Source: Patescibacteria group bacterium
Lineage (GTDB): Bacteria; Patescibacteriota; Minisyncoccia; Moranbacterales; UBA2206
Length of the DNA stretch: 64,000 bases
Direction: 5' to 3'
Assembly: GCA_022709735.1 (NCBI GenBank)
Contig: JAKLIG010000001.1
Coordinates: forward strand, 256,586 to 320,585
The notes below the pieces were generated by a model. That model was not told the DNA's origin and did no database searches. It saw only the letters and a list, made by a program, of their open reading frames with translations. This document shows positions 27,060-36,035 of this stretch, piece by piece; the stretch's first letter is position 1; each line of letters opens with the position of its first letter. Position numbers and translations under genes: made by a program.

Positions 27060-28433
27060 ATGGAACTAAAAGAAAAATTAGTTGAGATGGAAAAAGTCAA
27101 TCTCACCTATAATCGCGGAAAAGATAATGCCTTCCAAGCTCTTTTTGATGTAAATGTCACTATCAAAAAAGGAGAGTTTGTGGTAATTCTTGGACCATCC
27201 GGTTGCGGAAAATCATCTCTTTTGAATATTATCGCCGGTCTGGAAGCGCCTGACACTGGTTCAGTGAAAATAAATGATGTAGATGTTTTGAAAATGAAAG
27301 CCACAGAACGAATTCAATTCCACCGAAGCAAGATTGGAATGGTTTTCCAATCATATAACTTAATAACAACTTTGTCAGTTTTGGATAATGTGGCTTTGCC
27401 ACAGATTTTTATTAATACACGAAAGAGTGAGCGAGAAAGAAAAGTTATGGTGCTTTTGGAAAGATTCGGCATAAAAGAACAATGGAAAAAAATTCCAAGC
27501 CAATTATCTGGTGGACAACAACAAAGAATCGGCATTGCGCGCGCGATTGTCAATGATCCGTTTTTGATTTTAGCTGACGAGCCGGTTGGAAACTTGGATA
27601 GCGCTTCGGCCAATAATGTGATGCAGATTATGGGAGAACTGAACAAACAAGAGGGCCGAACAATTGTTTTGGTCACTCACAATCCAGAAAATGCCGCTTG
27701 GGGATCGCATATTATTTATATGAAAGACGGAAAAATTACTAAAGAAGAATGGAAGGATGCTTCAGGCGTTTCTCATGAAGCTGAATCGAGAGTGGAAGAA
27801 GGAAAATCTGTCTTCGACAAAATTATGGAAAAATTCCGCGGACTTTCAGAAAAACAAATTGGTTTTCTTATGGAGCCCCTCAAGGCTAAATTAGTAGCTG
27901 AATCATTTTTCATCCCTTACGAAGAAAGCCAGATGAAAATAATCGAAGAAAGTATCCGGCTGAAAATGTCTGGAGTTTATAATGAACAAGCTTTCTTTGA
28001 ACAATTGGATAAACCCGTAGAAAAAGGTGGGGCCGGACTTGACCAGCGTATCGCTAAAAGTTTTACTGTAGAACTGGAAGCTTTGGCGCAAGTTGCCGGA
28101 AAAGTATTTGGAAAATATTCTTCGGAGGAAAAAGCTAAGTTTGTTATTGAATATTTTACTAAGAAAAGAGAAATTCATATAAACGAAGAATCTATTGGAA
28201 AAGTAACAGATCTCATAAAGAAAAGAGTTAATGACGAAATTCCATTTATCGATTTCAAAAAAATGCTGGATACTCCTCAAAATTTAGGCGGAGCCGGATT
28301 AGATAAAAGAACGGTACATAAAATTCTTCGAGAACTGGATCTAGTTTTAATTGTCGGATTTGGCCTTAAGCTTGAACCAGAAAAAAAAGAAGAAGCTCGC
28401 ATAGTAAAAAGTAATCAGCCTAAAATAATTTAA
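27060..28433 (+). CDS. ABC transporter ATP-binding protein (FtsE/MacB/LolD-like) with a C-terminal extension of about 230 aa carrying two GGAGLD repeats
   Basis: Walker A GPSGCGKSS, Q-loop, signature LSGGQQQR, Walker B ILADEP and an H-loop. The C-terminus has KGGAGLDQRIAKSF and LGGAGLDKRTVHKIL repeats. Confidence 0.85.
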   Translation: MELKEKLVEMEKVNLTYNRGKDNAFQALFDVNVTIKKGEFVVILGPSGCGKSSLLNIIAGLEAPDTGSVKINDVDVLKMKATERIQFHRSKIGMVFQSYNLITTLSVLDNVALPQIFINTRKSERERKVMVLLERFGIKEQWKKIPSQLSGGQQQRIGIARAIVNDPFLILADEPVGNLDSASANNVMQIMGELNKQEGRTIVLVTHNPENAAWGSHIIYMKDGKITKEEWKDASGVSHEAESRVEEGKSVFDKIMEKFRGLSEKQIGFLMEPLKAKLVAESFFIPYEESQMKIIEESIRLKMSGVYNEQAFFEQLDKPVEKGGAGLDQRIAKSFTVELEALAQVAGKVFGKYSSEEKAKFVIEYFTKKREIHINEESIGKVTDLIKKRVNDEIPFIDFKKMLDTPQNLGGAGLDKRTVHKILRELDLVLIVGFGLKLEPEKKEEARIVKSNQPKII

Positions 28434-28437
28434 TAAT

Positions 28438-29679
28438 ATGCTATCAATTGATGTTTTTAGAATTTCAACCAGATCATTCAAAAATAACCGGCTTCGAACG
28501 ATGCTAACTATTTTAGGAATCAGCATTGGTATCGGAACTATTTTCTTTTTGGTTTCTTTGGGTTATGGCCTTCAAACGCTTATTTTGGAAAATATTGCCA
28601 CACAAGACTCCCTTTTAGCACTGGACGTTACACAAAAAAATGAAGCGGTAAATTTAGACCAAGAAAGCATTGCTTCCATTAAAGAAATTGGAGAAATAAC
28701 TGATGTTTTCCCCTTAATAAGCCAGGATGCGCAAATATCCGGAAACAGCCTTACTTCTTCAGCTAAAATAAATATTGTTAATCCGCGATTTTTGAATCTA
28801 GAAGGCATAGAAGTAAAAAATGGGAAAATTTTTAAGGATGGAGAAAATGACAAGATGATAATCTCTTTGGCCACCCTTCAGCTTTTAGATATAAACATAG
28901 CGAATTTTTCCAACACCGATATCACCATAAAGATTGCAAAAAATCCACCCAGGCAAAATAATCAAACAATTCCAGAGGGAGATAACCCAACCGAAGAAGA
29001 GACAGAAAAATTAGCTGCGCCTATCGAATATAGTAATAAAACTTATAAAATATCAGGGGTTGTTGAGGACGCTGCTAATGCTTTCATTTATATTCCCGAC
29101 TCTTCTGTTTCTGAAATATCTTTCAATAGTTTTGATAAGTTAAAAGTTCGAGTGAACTCTACTGGTAATCTCGAACAAGCGAGGAATCATATTATTGAAA
29201 AAGGTTTTTTTGTAAGTTCTGTTTCAGAAACGGTAGATCAAGCTAAGCAAATTTTCGGCATTGCCCAAATAGTTCTAGCGCTTTTTGGAGTAGTCGCTCT
29301 CGTTGTCAGCGCCATCGGAATGTTCAACACTATGACCATTGCTCTTTTGGAAAGAACTCAAGAAATTGGCATAATGAAAACAATTGGCGCTTCTTCATTT
29401 GATATTTGGAAAATGTTTTTAACTGAATCGATGCTAATCGGATTTTTTGGAGGCTTTTTTGGAGTTATTACCGGATTTATCATAAGTAGCCTAGTAAATT
29501 ATGGCATAAATTGGTTGGCGGGAATGTTTGGTGGAAATCAAGTGTCTTTGTTTGCCCGGCCGTCTTGGTTTATTATTTTCATAATTATCTTTTCCACCGT
29601 GGTTGGCGTTATCACTGGAATTTATCCAGCCAGACGCGCTGCTAAGTTGAATGCTTTGGAAGCGCTTCGATATAAATAA
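28438..29679 (+). CDS. FtsX/MacB-type ABC permease
   Basis: TM1, a large extracytoplasmic domain, then three C-terminal TM helices carrying the FtsX-family motif (MKTIGASSFDIWKMF...). Confidence 0.85.
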   Translation: MLSIDVFRISTRSFKNNRLRTMLTILGISIGIGTIFFLVSLGYGLQTLILENIATQDSLLALDVTQKNEAVNLDQESIASIKEIGEITDVFPLISQDAQISGNSLTSSAKINIVNPRFLNLEGIEVKNGKIFKDGENDKMIISLATLQLLDINIANFSNTDITIKIAKNPPRQNNQTIPEGDNPTEEETEKLAAPIEYSNKTYKISGVVEDAANAFIYIPDSSVSEISFNSFDKLKVRVNSTGNLEQARNHIIEKGFFVSSVSETVDQAKQIFGIAQIVLALFGVVALVVSAIGMFNTMTIALLERTQEIGIMKTIGASSFDIWKMFLTESMLIGFFGGFFGVITGFIISSLVNYGINWLAGMFGGNQVSLFARPSWFIIFIIIFSTVVGVITGIYPARRAAKLNALEALRYK

Positions 29680-29755
29680 TCTTAAAAATATTAAGGACAA
29701 TTAAAAAACTTCCCCTAAAGGAAGTTTTTTAATGTTTATTTTTAGAAAATATTAT

Positions 29756-30898
29756 TTAGAGTTGCACTTCTATTTTTATTTCGTCCTTTGATCGCAAAAC
29801 AGTAAATTCAACTTTATCCCCTTTTTTATATTTATATAAGATATCGGACAAATTATTTTTTAAATTTATTTCTTCTTCAAAAACTTTTGTTATAATGTCA
29901 TTTATCTTCATTCCCGCCTTATCTGCCGGAGATCCGGAAATAACAGAAAGTCCTTGCTGGCCCGAAGCAGAATAAATCAATGCTCCGTGCTCCACGGATA
30001 AATCATTAGCGAGCGCTAAAGTTTTATTTATCGGTAGATAATAAATTCCCAAAGAAATATTCGAATCAAGCGCGTTATTTATTTCTTTATCCAAAACCAT
30101 CTTTGCCTTATTTGCAGGAATTTGAAAATATTCTATTTTTCCATTTTTAATTGTTGATCCGGTAATACCCAATACTTGTCCGGCATAATCTACAATTGGT
30201 CCGCCAGCCGACATATTTTCCATATTAAAATCAGCCATAAATACTCCTTCTATTTTTTCTGCTCTGGAAAGTGCTTCACCGGAAATGTTATAAGACGAAT
30301 CAAAACTCCTTAGAAGCCCGGCAGCAAATTTATTTTGATATTCCGGCGAATTATTGCTTATCGCGATTAATTTTTCGCCGAGATTATATTCGTTGGAATT
30401 GCCAAATGATACAACTGGAAGATTGCTGGCATTGATTTTCAGAAGAGCCAAATTGCTCCAAGAGTCAACGCCCAAAAGATTAGCATCGTATACATTGCCA
30501 TTGCTGGTTATGACCTTATAAATTCTTTCGAAATCAACTGGTGCTCCCAAATAAGTCATAATTATTCCATCACTAGTGACAATTTCTCCGGTTGAATTAG
30601 TGCTAACGACGATTTTTTTGGGCAAAGAATTTTTAAGAGTCTCTTTGGGATAAGAAACAATATTCACAACTGCCGGAACAATTTGATTGGTTATTTTGTT
30701 TATGGAAGAATCTTCATTAATATAAACTTGTTCTGTTTTATTGATAACCGTTACATTTTCAGAAGCTTTCTTGAAAAACTCATTTTTCGAAAAAAGCCGG
30801 CTAGTGGCCAGATGCGGAAATAAATAGCGGTCAAAAATTATACCACTTAGCCCTCCAATTATAACTATTCCCACGATAAAAAGTATTTTTTTTAGCAT
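29756..30898 (-). CDS. HtrA-like trypsin-fold plus PDZ protein with a degenerate catalytic triad (predicted pseudoprotease)
   Basis: Aligns to the adjacent-locus htrA (38648-39925). TNRHV becomes TYLGA (His lost), DIAVIKI becomes NLALLKI (Asp to Asn), and GNSGGPL becomes NMSAGGPI. A C-terminal PDZ domain and N-terminal TM helix are retained. Confidence 0.6.
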   Translation of the reverse strand: MLKKILFIVGIVIIGGLSGIIFDRYLFPHLATSRLFSKNEFFKKASENVTVINKTEQVYINEDSSINKITNQIVPAVVNIVSYPKETLKNSLPKKIVVSTNSTGEIVTSDGIIMTYLGAPVDFERIYKVITSNGNVYDANLLGVDSWSNLALLKINASNLPVVSFGNSNEYNLGEKLIAISNNSPEYQNKFAAGLLRSFDSSYNISGEALSRAEKIEGVFMADFNMENMSAGGPIVDYAGQVLGITGSTIKNGKIEYFQIPANKAKMVLDKEINNALDSNISLGIYYLPINKTLALANDLSVEHGALIYSASGQQGLSVISGSPADKAGMKINDIITKVFEEEINLKNNLSDILYKYKKGDKVEFTVLRSKDEIKIEVQL

Positions 30899-30909
30899 AA
30901 TGATTCAAA

Positions 30910-31647
30910 TTAAATTACCGGGATCCATTTGGAAGTAGCTAGAACCAAACCAATTACAAGTGAAAAGAAAATAATATTAGCAATTGCCCTTCTTTTATTC
31001 AGGATGTTTAGAAAATAGCTCTGAATGATATCCCAAAGCACGAAATACAGTATAAGCGCAACCACGCCACTCGTCAAATATCCAAAGGGCCAAAAATTTA
31101 TTGTCCAAATAATTTCTGCCATTACTAAAGAGATAAGAAAACTATAAGCCCAAACTATTTTTTTATCGTGATAGATAATTGAAAAGAATTGGTAGCTCAC
31201 AAAAAGAGTAGCAAAAAGAAAAACAAGCATTAAATAATAAAGCGGAACTAAAAAATTCAAATATAAGCCATAAGCGCTGGCATAAGTGAAAAAAATAGTG
31301 GAAACACTGGCCGCCATATTCATTCCACGAGCCGTTTGGTCGCCTTCATAAAGACTCAAGCGATAAGCGCCCAAAAGAGAAAGATAATACATGGCCGAAG
31401 CAAGAATTATAAAAGCTTGCTGTTCATAAAATATAGTTACCAAATAAAGAAGCGCCACTGAAGAAATCACAAAAAAAATCGGCAGGACGGAAAATTTCCA
31501 TCTATGTCCAATTTTCCAACCCTGAAAAAGAGCCATAAAAAGCAAGAAAAACACTATAAAAATAACATGTCGATGGAAAAAAACGATCAGTTCCAGACCT
31601 ATGAAGAAAAATATACTGTAAATTAACGGCTGAAGTTTTAAAAACAT
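30910..31647 (-). CDS. polytopic integral membrane protein, unknown function
   Basis: About 8 predicted TM helices and no recognisable motifs. Confidence 0.3.
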   Translation of the reverse strand: MFLKLQPLIYSIFFFIGLELIVFFHRHVIFIVFFLLFMALFQGWKIGHRWKFSVLPIFFVISSVALLYLVTIFYEQQAFIILASAMYYLSLLGAYRLSLYEGDQTARGMNMAASVSTIFFTYASAYGLYLNFLVPLYYLMLVFLFATLFVSYQFFSIIYHDKKIVWAYSFLISLVMAEIIWTINFWPFGYLTSGVVALILYFVLWDIIQSYFLNILNKRRAIANIIFFSLVIGLVLATSKWIPVI

Positions 31648-31681
31648 ATATCTTTAGTATAACACAACTCGCGTCTAAAAA

Positions 31682-33181
31682 TTAACCTTTTCCCAAAATT
31701 TTTACAATCCCCTTATCCGCATCAACTTCCACTAAATCCCCGTCATGCAGGACTTTCGTGGCAATTTTTGTGCCGATGATGCAGGGTTTTTTCATTTCCC
31801 GCGAAATTATAGCCGCATGGCACAATATGCCTCCCTGCTCAGTAATAAACGCTGAGGCTTTTTCCATCGCATGAATATAATTAGGATCTGTCATCGATAC
31901 CACAATAATATCCCCCTTGCTCACTTTTATTATCTCTTCGGGCGAATTTAGAACCTTGGCAGTTCCCGTGATAATACCTGGAAACGCAGTTTGCCCTTTG
32001 AAAATATTTCCTTTGACTTCATCTTTCGGAAAATTTATATAAGGCACAACTTTATCAGTTTCCTCTCCAAATAATTCATAACGCTCATCAGCGATGGCAA
32101 TCCCTAGTAAATTGTTTTTTCTTTTTTTTATTAAATCTTTATAATCAATTCTATTTTCTAACGCTAATTTAATTTCCCTGGAAGATAAATCTCTAATTTC
32201 AATAGTTTTTATTCCTAATCTCCAAGTAATCTCCCTAACAAGATCCCAAGCATTATGAAATGCGATGAAGGGAGTATCAACTCTAAATGATCTCAAAAAT
32301 CCGAAAGTTTGCACAGCTTGTGCAATAAGCCCAAAATTTCCATCATCTTTAATTTTTTTCATTAATTCTTTTTGCTTTTTTCTTAGAGATATTTCATTAT
32401 TGACTATCTTATCATATTCCATTTTATAATCTTCCTTCATTATATTTTTAAGTTTTCTAAGAAAAAAAGATTCTTCTAATGGAAGGTTGCCGAAATTTGG
32501 TATACTCATCCATCCATATTTTTGAGTATGTTTTTTTATTTTTGATAAAACTTTTTTATCAATTTCAGATATTTTTTTAGCAGCTATAGCTATTCTTAAC
32601 ATATCTAATCTCTCTTCTAGGGCAAAAATTTTTCTAGCTGGCAGCGTTAGAGCTGTTTCATATTCAAAATACTCGCTTTTTGATAGTTTATTCTTTTTGG
32701 TATATTTATTTAACAATTCATAAAATTTTCTTGATAAAAATTCATCCACCAAATGCATACTAAACATAAAAGGCGTATATTTTTTGATTTCTTCTATCAG
32801 TTCAATTATTTTTTTTGACAAATCATCATTGCTTAATTTTTTGGGTCTTATTTTTCTATATCCTTTTGAAAAATTTATTACATATTCTCCACGCTTCAAA
32901 CAATCCTTAGCATATTTATTTAGGTAATTTTTATCCTTTTTGTATTCAATACAAATCTTTTTATCCAAAGCATTCCATTCTTTTTCTAGGTCAAAATAGT
33001 CATTTTCATAATAAAATTGTTTTGTTTTCTTAAAAGGATGTCCTATTTTTTTCTGAAATTTAGTCATTTCTCCTTCAGCACAAATTTCATGTATAAGAAC
33101 ATTTTGGTTCCATGTCCCGCGTTTATGCCATTTTTCATTTTTTATTGAATTTATTATTTCTTTCAATTGGTTATTATGCAT
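31682..33181 (-). CDS. PEP-utilising-enzyme mobile (phospho-His swivel) domain protein, paralog A
   Basis: C-terminal GDIIVVSMTDPNYIHAMEKASAFITEQGGILCHAAIISREMKKPCIIG matches the PpsA/PPDK/RPH His-domain pattern. The N-terminal about 380 aa is Lys-rich and unassigned. Confidence 0.7.
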   Translation of the reverse strand: MHNNQLKEIINSIKNEKWHKRGTWNQNVLIHEICAEGEMTKFQKKIGHPFKKTKQFYYENDYFDLEKEWNALDKKICIEYKKDKNYLNKYAKDCLKRGEYVINFSKGYRKIRPKKLSNDDLSKKIIELIEEIKKYTPFMFSMHLVDEFLSRKFYELLNKYTKKNKLSKSEYFEYETALTLPARKIFALEERLDMLRIAIAAKKISEIDKKVLSKIKKHTQKYGWMSIPNFGNLPLEESFFLRKLKNIMKEDYKMEYDKIVNNEISLRKKQKELMKKIKDDGNFGLIAQAVQTFGFLRSFRVDTPFIAFHNAWDLVREITWRLGIKTIEIRDLSSREIKLALENRIDYKDLIKKRKNNLLGIAIADERYELFGEETDKVVPYINFPKDEVKGNIFKGQTAFPGIITGTAKVLNSPEEIIKVSKGDIIVVSMTDPNYIHAMEKASAFITEQGGILCHAAIISREMKKPCIIGTKIATKVLHDGDLVEVDADKGIVKILGKG

Positions 33182-33319
33182 ATTGTATCTAATTTATTGT
33201 ATTATTTTAAATGCTTGACTCCCGCTCAATTATATGCTAAAATGTTTAGTTCGAAATTGTTCCTACTATTTATTAAAAACTACCACAACTATAACCGCAA
33301 AACAAGGAGGAAAAAAACC

Positions 33320-33787
33320 GTGGAAAATCCAAAGGAAAGAAGAGTGCTGTGTGTGTGCTTTGGGAATTCTTGCCGATCTCCAATGATACAGGGATTGGCA
33401 AGGCAGGTGTTTAATGAAGCCTGTATGGGTCACATTAAATTCGAATCGGCTGGCACCAGCAAAGAGTTTGCCTCAAAAGGTGTTCCCGCAACTGATAAGT
33501 CGGTGATAGCTATGAATGCGCATAGCATCGACATATCCAAGCACATTAACCGTTACGCGGGCGACCTGCAACTCTCAGGATTTGATCTTTTTCTTACAAC
33601 CGGCCAGGATATAAATGATAGTCTTATTGAATTAGGTGTTTTACCTGATAAGATTATGGTGGTCGGAGGCGCAAATGGCATCCCTAATCCTTGGCAAAAG
33701 GATCAGGATGCCTACAGTGAATGCGCCGAAGCTATCAGGGGATGGCTGAACACAAACACTTGGAAAATCGTCAGCAAAGTCTTTTGA
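33320..33787 (+). CDS. low-molecular-weight protein tyrosine phosphatase / ArsC-type phosphatase
   Basis: P-loop VLCVCFGNSCRSPM (CX5R-S). The GTG start at 33320 is preceded by AGGAGG at 33305-33310. The track ORF (33167-) is an upstream extension. G+C is visibly higher than in neighbouring genes. Confidence 0.7.
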   Translation: MENPKERRVLCVCFGNSCRSPMIQGLARQVFNEACMGHIKFESAGTSKEFASKGVPATDKSVIAMNAHSIDISKHINRYAGDLQLSGFDLFLTTGQDINDSLIELGVLPDKIMVVGGANGIPNPWQKDQDAYSECAEAIRGWLNTNTWKIVSKVF

Positions 33788-33804
33788 TTTCCAGCCAATC
33801 AAGC

Positions 33805-33847
33805 GGATTGCTACTCCTCTCATGGGGTGGCAATCCGTCTTTTTTTA
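33805..33847 (+). terminator. intrinsic terminator after the LMW-PTP gene
   Basis: ggattgc...gcaatcc stem followed by gtcttttttta. Confidence 0.6.
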
Positions 33848-34929
33848 TCCAAAATTCTAACTATCCCTTTATTTGCATCAACTTCTACTAAATCACCATT
33901 TTTTATAATTTTAGTAGAATTAGTTACCTGAATAACACAGGGGATTTTTCTTTCTCGGCTGACCACTGCCGCATGAGATAAAAGTCCGCTTTGTTCCGCT
34001 ACTATTGCCGCCGCTTTATTGCAAAGCATAAGAGTATCTGGGCTGGTTGTTTCGGCAATTAAAATGTCTCCCTTTTTCATTTTTTTATTAATTTTTTCTA
34101 TAGCCTTATCATCATCTAGCATAGGAGAAATGATCGCTCTTCCAATAGCCCTTCCAGGACTAGCAACAATTCCTCCAATCATATTAGTGTCTTTATATTC
34201 AGTAAATTCTTTATTCAGCTTTATAGCCTTTTTGTATGAAAAAATTATTAGTTCTCCATTTATACTTGTAGCGCTATAACACTTGCTTCTTTCTTGCATA
34301 AGTTTTTTGTTTGGTCTCCAGCCATCAAAAGTTTTTAACAATTCTTCTATAAAAAGATAATCCGCGCCATTTTTTGATTCTAATATGTTATTTGATACAT
34401 AAGATACAAGATTTTCAATGACTCCCTTTTTGAAAAAAAATTTATTCATCAATTTTCTTGCTGTAAATTTATATTCACCTGCTAAATTTAGTCGCCTTTT
34501 CATAGCTTTATTATTTTCTTTTTCTGCTTTTTTATAGGCCATATCCTGATATGGAAATTCAGACATTCCATATAAATACCAAAATTTTTGAAGGTAATTA
34601 AAGGCTTCCTGAAATTGTTTCTTGGTCAATTTTTTTATCGGCTTTCCAAATCTAGCAACGAAAATTTTATTCCCATAATCAACGGATTTTCTAAATTCTT
34701 CCGAATATTTTTTATATCTTTTTTCACTGCTATAAATTTTTATTCCCTCTTTTCCGCAAATTATTTCTTTATTTTTATTAATATAAATTTCAAATTGACA
34801 TTTTTTATAAGTTAAAAAAACATCTGCTTTGGCTATTGAACTTCGCAAGAGAAAACTAGCATTAAAACACCTGACTTTTACTGGTGTTGAAAAAAATTTC
34901 TTAAAATCTTTCGGATTTAAATTTTTCAT
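33820..34929 (-). CDS. PEP-utilising-enzyme mobile domain protein, paralog B
   Basis: Carries GGIVASPGRAIGRAI...GDILIAETTSPDTLMLCNKAAAIVAEQSGLLSHAAVVSRERKIPCVI. Confidence 0.7.
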   Translation of the reverse strand: MKNLNPKDFKKFFSTPVKVRCFNASFLLRSSIAKADVFLTYKKCQFEIYINKNKEIICGKEGIKIYSSEKRYKKYSEEFRKSVDYGNKIFVARFGKPIKKLTKKQFQEAFNYLQKFWYLYGMSEFPYQDMAYKKAEKENNKAMKRRLNLAGEYKFTARKLMNKFFFKKGVIENLVSYVSNNILESKNGADYLFIEELLKTFDGWRPNKKLMQERSKCYSATSINGELIIFSYKKAIKLNKEFTEYKDTNMIGGIVASPGRAIGRAIISPMLDDDKAIEKINKKMKKGDILIAETTSPDTLMLCNKAAAIVAEQSGLLSHAAVVSRERKIPCVIQVTNSTKIIKNGDLVEVDANKGIVRILDKKRRIATP

Positions 34930-36026
34930 TTTAATATTTTAACAATCCCCTTATTCGCATCGACTTCTACTAAATCACCATCTTTTAAGACTTTCGTGGC
35001 GATTTTAGTGCCGATGATACAGGGGATATTCAGCTCTCGGGAAATAATAGCTGCATGAGAAGTGATCCCACCTTCATTAGTAATTATAGCACCCGCTTTT
35101 TTTATAGCTGTTATAATTTCAGGACCAGTAGTCGCTGCCACTAAAATATCCCCTTTTTTAACCTTTTTTATTTCGTTAACTATATTATCGCTAAAAATTG
35201 TTTTTATAACAATAACCCTTCCTTTTATAATACTACCTTTATTGGCGACATGACCCTTTATTATTGTTATTTTTTTATTAAAAAAATAATCATCCAATTT
35301 TTCCATTAATCTTTTGGCTTTTTCTCCTTCAATTAACTGCCAATTATTTTTTTGAGCCAATACCCAATATTTTCTATCTCGTTTTGATTGAATAATGCAT
35401 TTCCCATTCCCATCAATGATATCCGCTATTTCTTTGAAGCTAAGCCAAGGGAGATCCTTGCGACCAATCCTAGCAATCATTTCGACTATATAAGGCTTGA
35501 AGATAATATTATAATTGTAGAAACTATTCAGAATATTCCTAGCCTTAAATTTAATTTTACCAACTTCCCTTAGATGGTCAGTTAATTTATTTGACTTGCT
35601 TGTTATTTTTTCAATTTCATCCAAAAAGAAGAATTCTGTGTAAAAATAATTTCCTCCCAACTTCTGGAATAAAGCAACTCGTTTTAAAAATTCATTTTTT
35701 ATTTTATCATTTGTAAAATATTTTATCTTATTTTTGTTTTTCTTTGTTTCGGCGATTAATTTTTTTCCATTTTTTATATCATTTAAAATTTTTAGACGCC
35801 AACTTAGAAATTCCTTTCCTGAATTAAAAAATCTCAAGCCTAAGCGTGAGAATTTTTTTCTTTGATTCCTTGAAAGGTAAAATTTTAATCCTTTATCTTT
35901 ATAATCATATACTAAAATAATATCTGATTTTCTGAATTCCTCAAACAAATAACAAGATGTAAAAATAAAATTTACATCATGGTCTGTCCATAAATAATCA
36001 TAATTTTTCGGGCTTATTTGATTCAT
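34926..36026 (-). CDS. PEP-utilising-enzyme mobile domain protein, paralog C
   Basis: Carries GDILVAATTGPEIITAIKKAGAIITNEGGITSHAAIISRELNIPCIIG. The stop overlaps the start of paralog B (ATGA). Confidence 0.7.
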   Translation of the reverse strand: MNQISPKNYDYLWTDHDVNFIFTSCYLFEEFRKSDIILVYDYKDKGLKFYLSRNQRKKFSRLGLRFFNSGKEFLSWRLKILNDIKNGKKLIAETKKNKNKIKYFTNDKIKNEFLKRVALFQKLGGNYFYTEFFFLDEIEKITSKSNKLTDHLREVGKIKFKARNILNSFYNYNIIFKPYIVEMIARIGRKDLPWLSFKEIADIIDGNGKCIIQSKRDRKYWVLAQKNNWQLIEGEKAKRLMEKLDDYFFNKKITIIKGHVANKGSIIKGRVIVIKTIFSDNIVNEIKKVKKGDILVAATTGPEIITAIKKAGAIITNEGGITSHAAIISRELNIPCIIGTKIATKVLKDGDLVEVDANKGIVKILK

Positions 36027-36035
36027 TTTATTTCA

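Noticed and set aside
33167-33319. N-terminal 51 codons of the track ORF for the LMW-PTP
   Set aside because: A GTG with a canonical AGGAGG Shine-Dalgarno sequence at 33320 gives a protein of typical LMW-PTP size starting just before the CX5R loop. The upstream extension overlaps the divergent gene start and is AT-rich and low-complexity.
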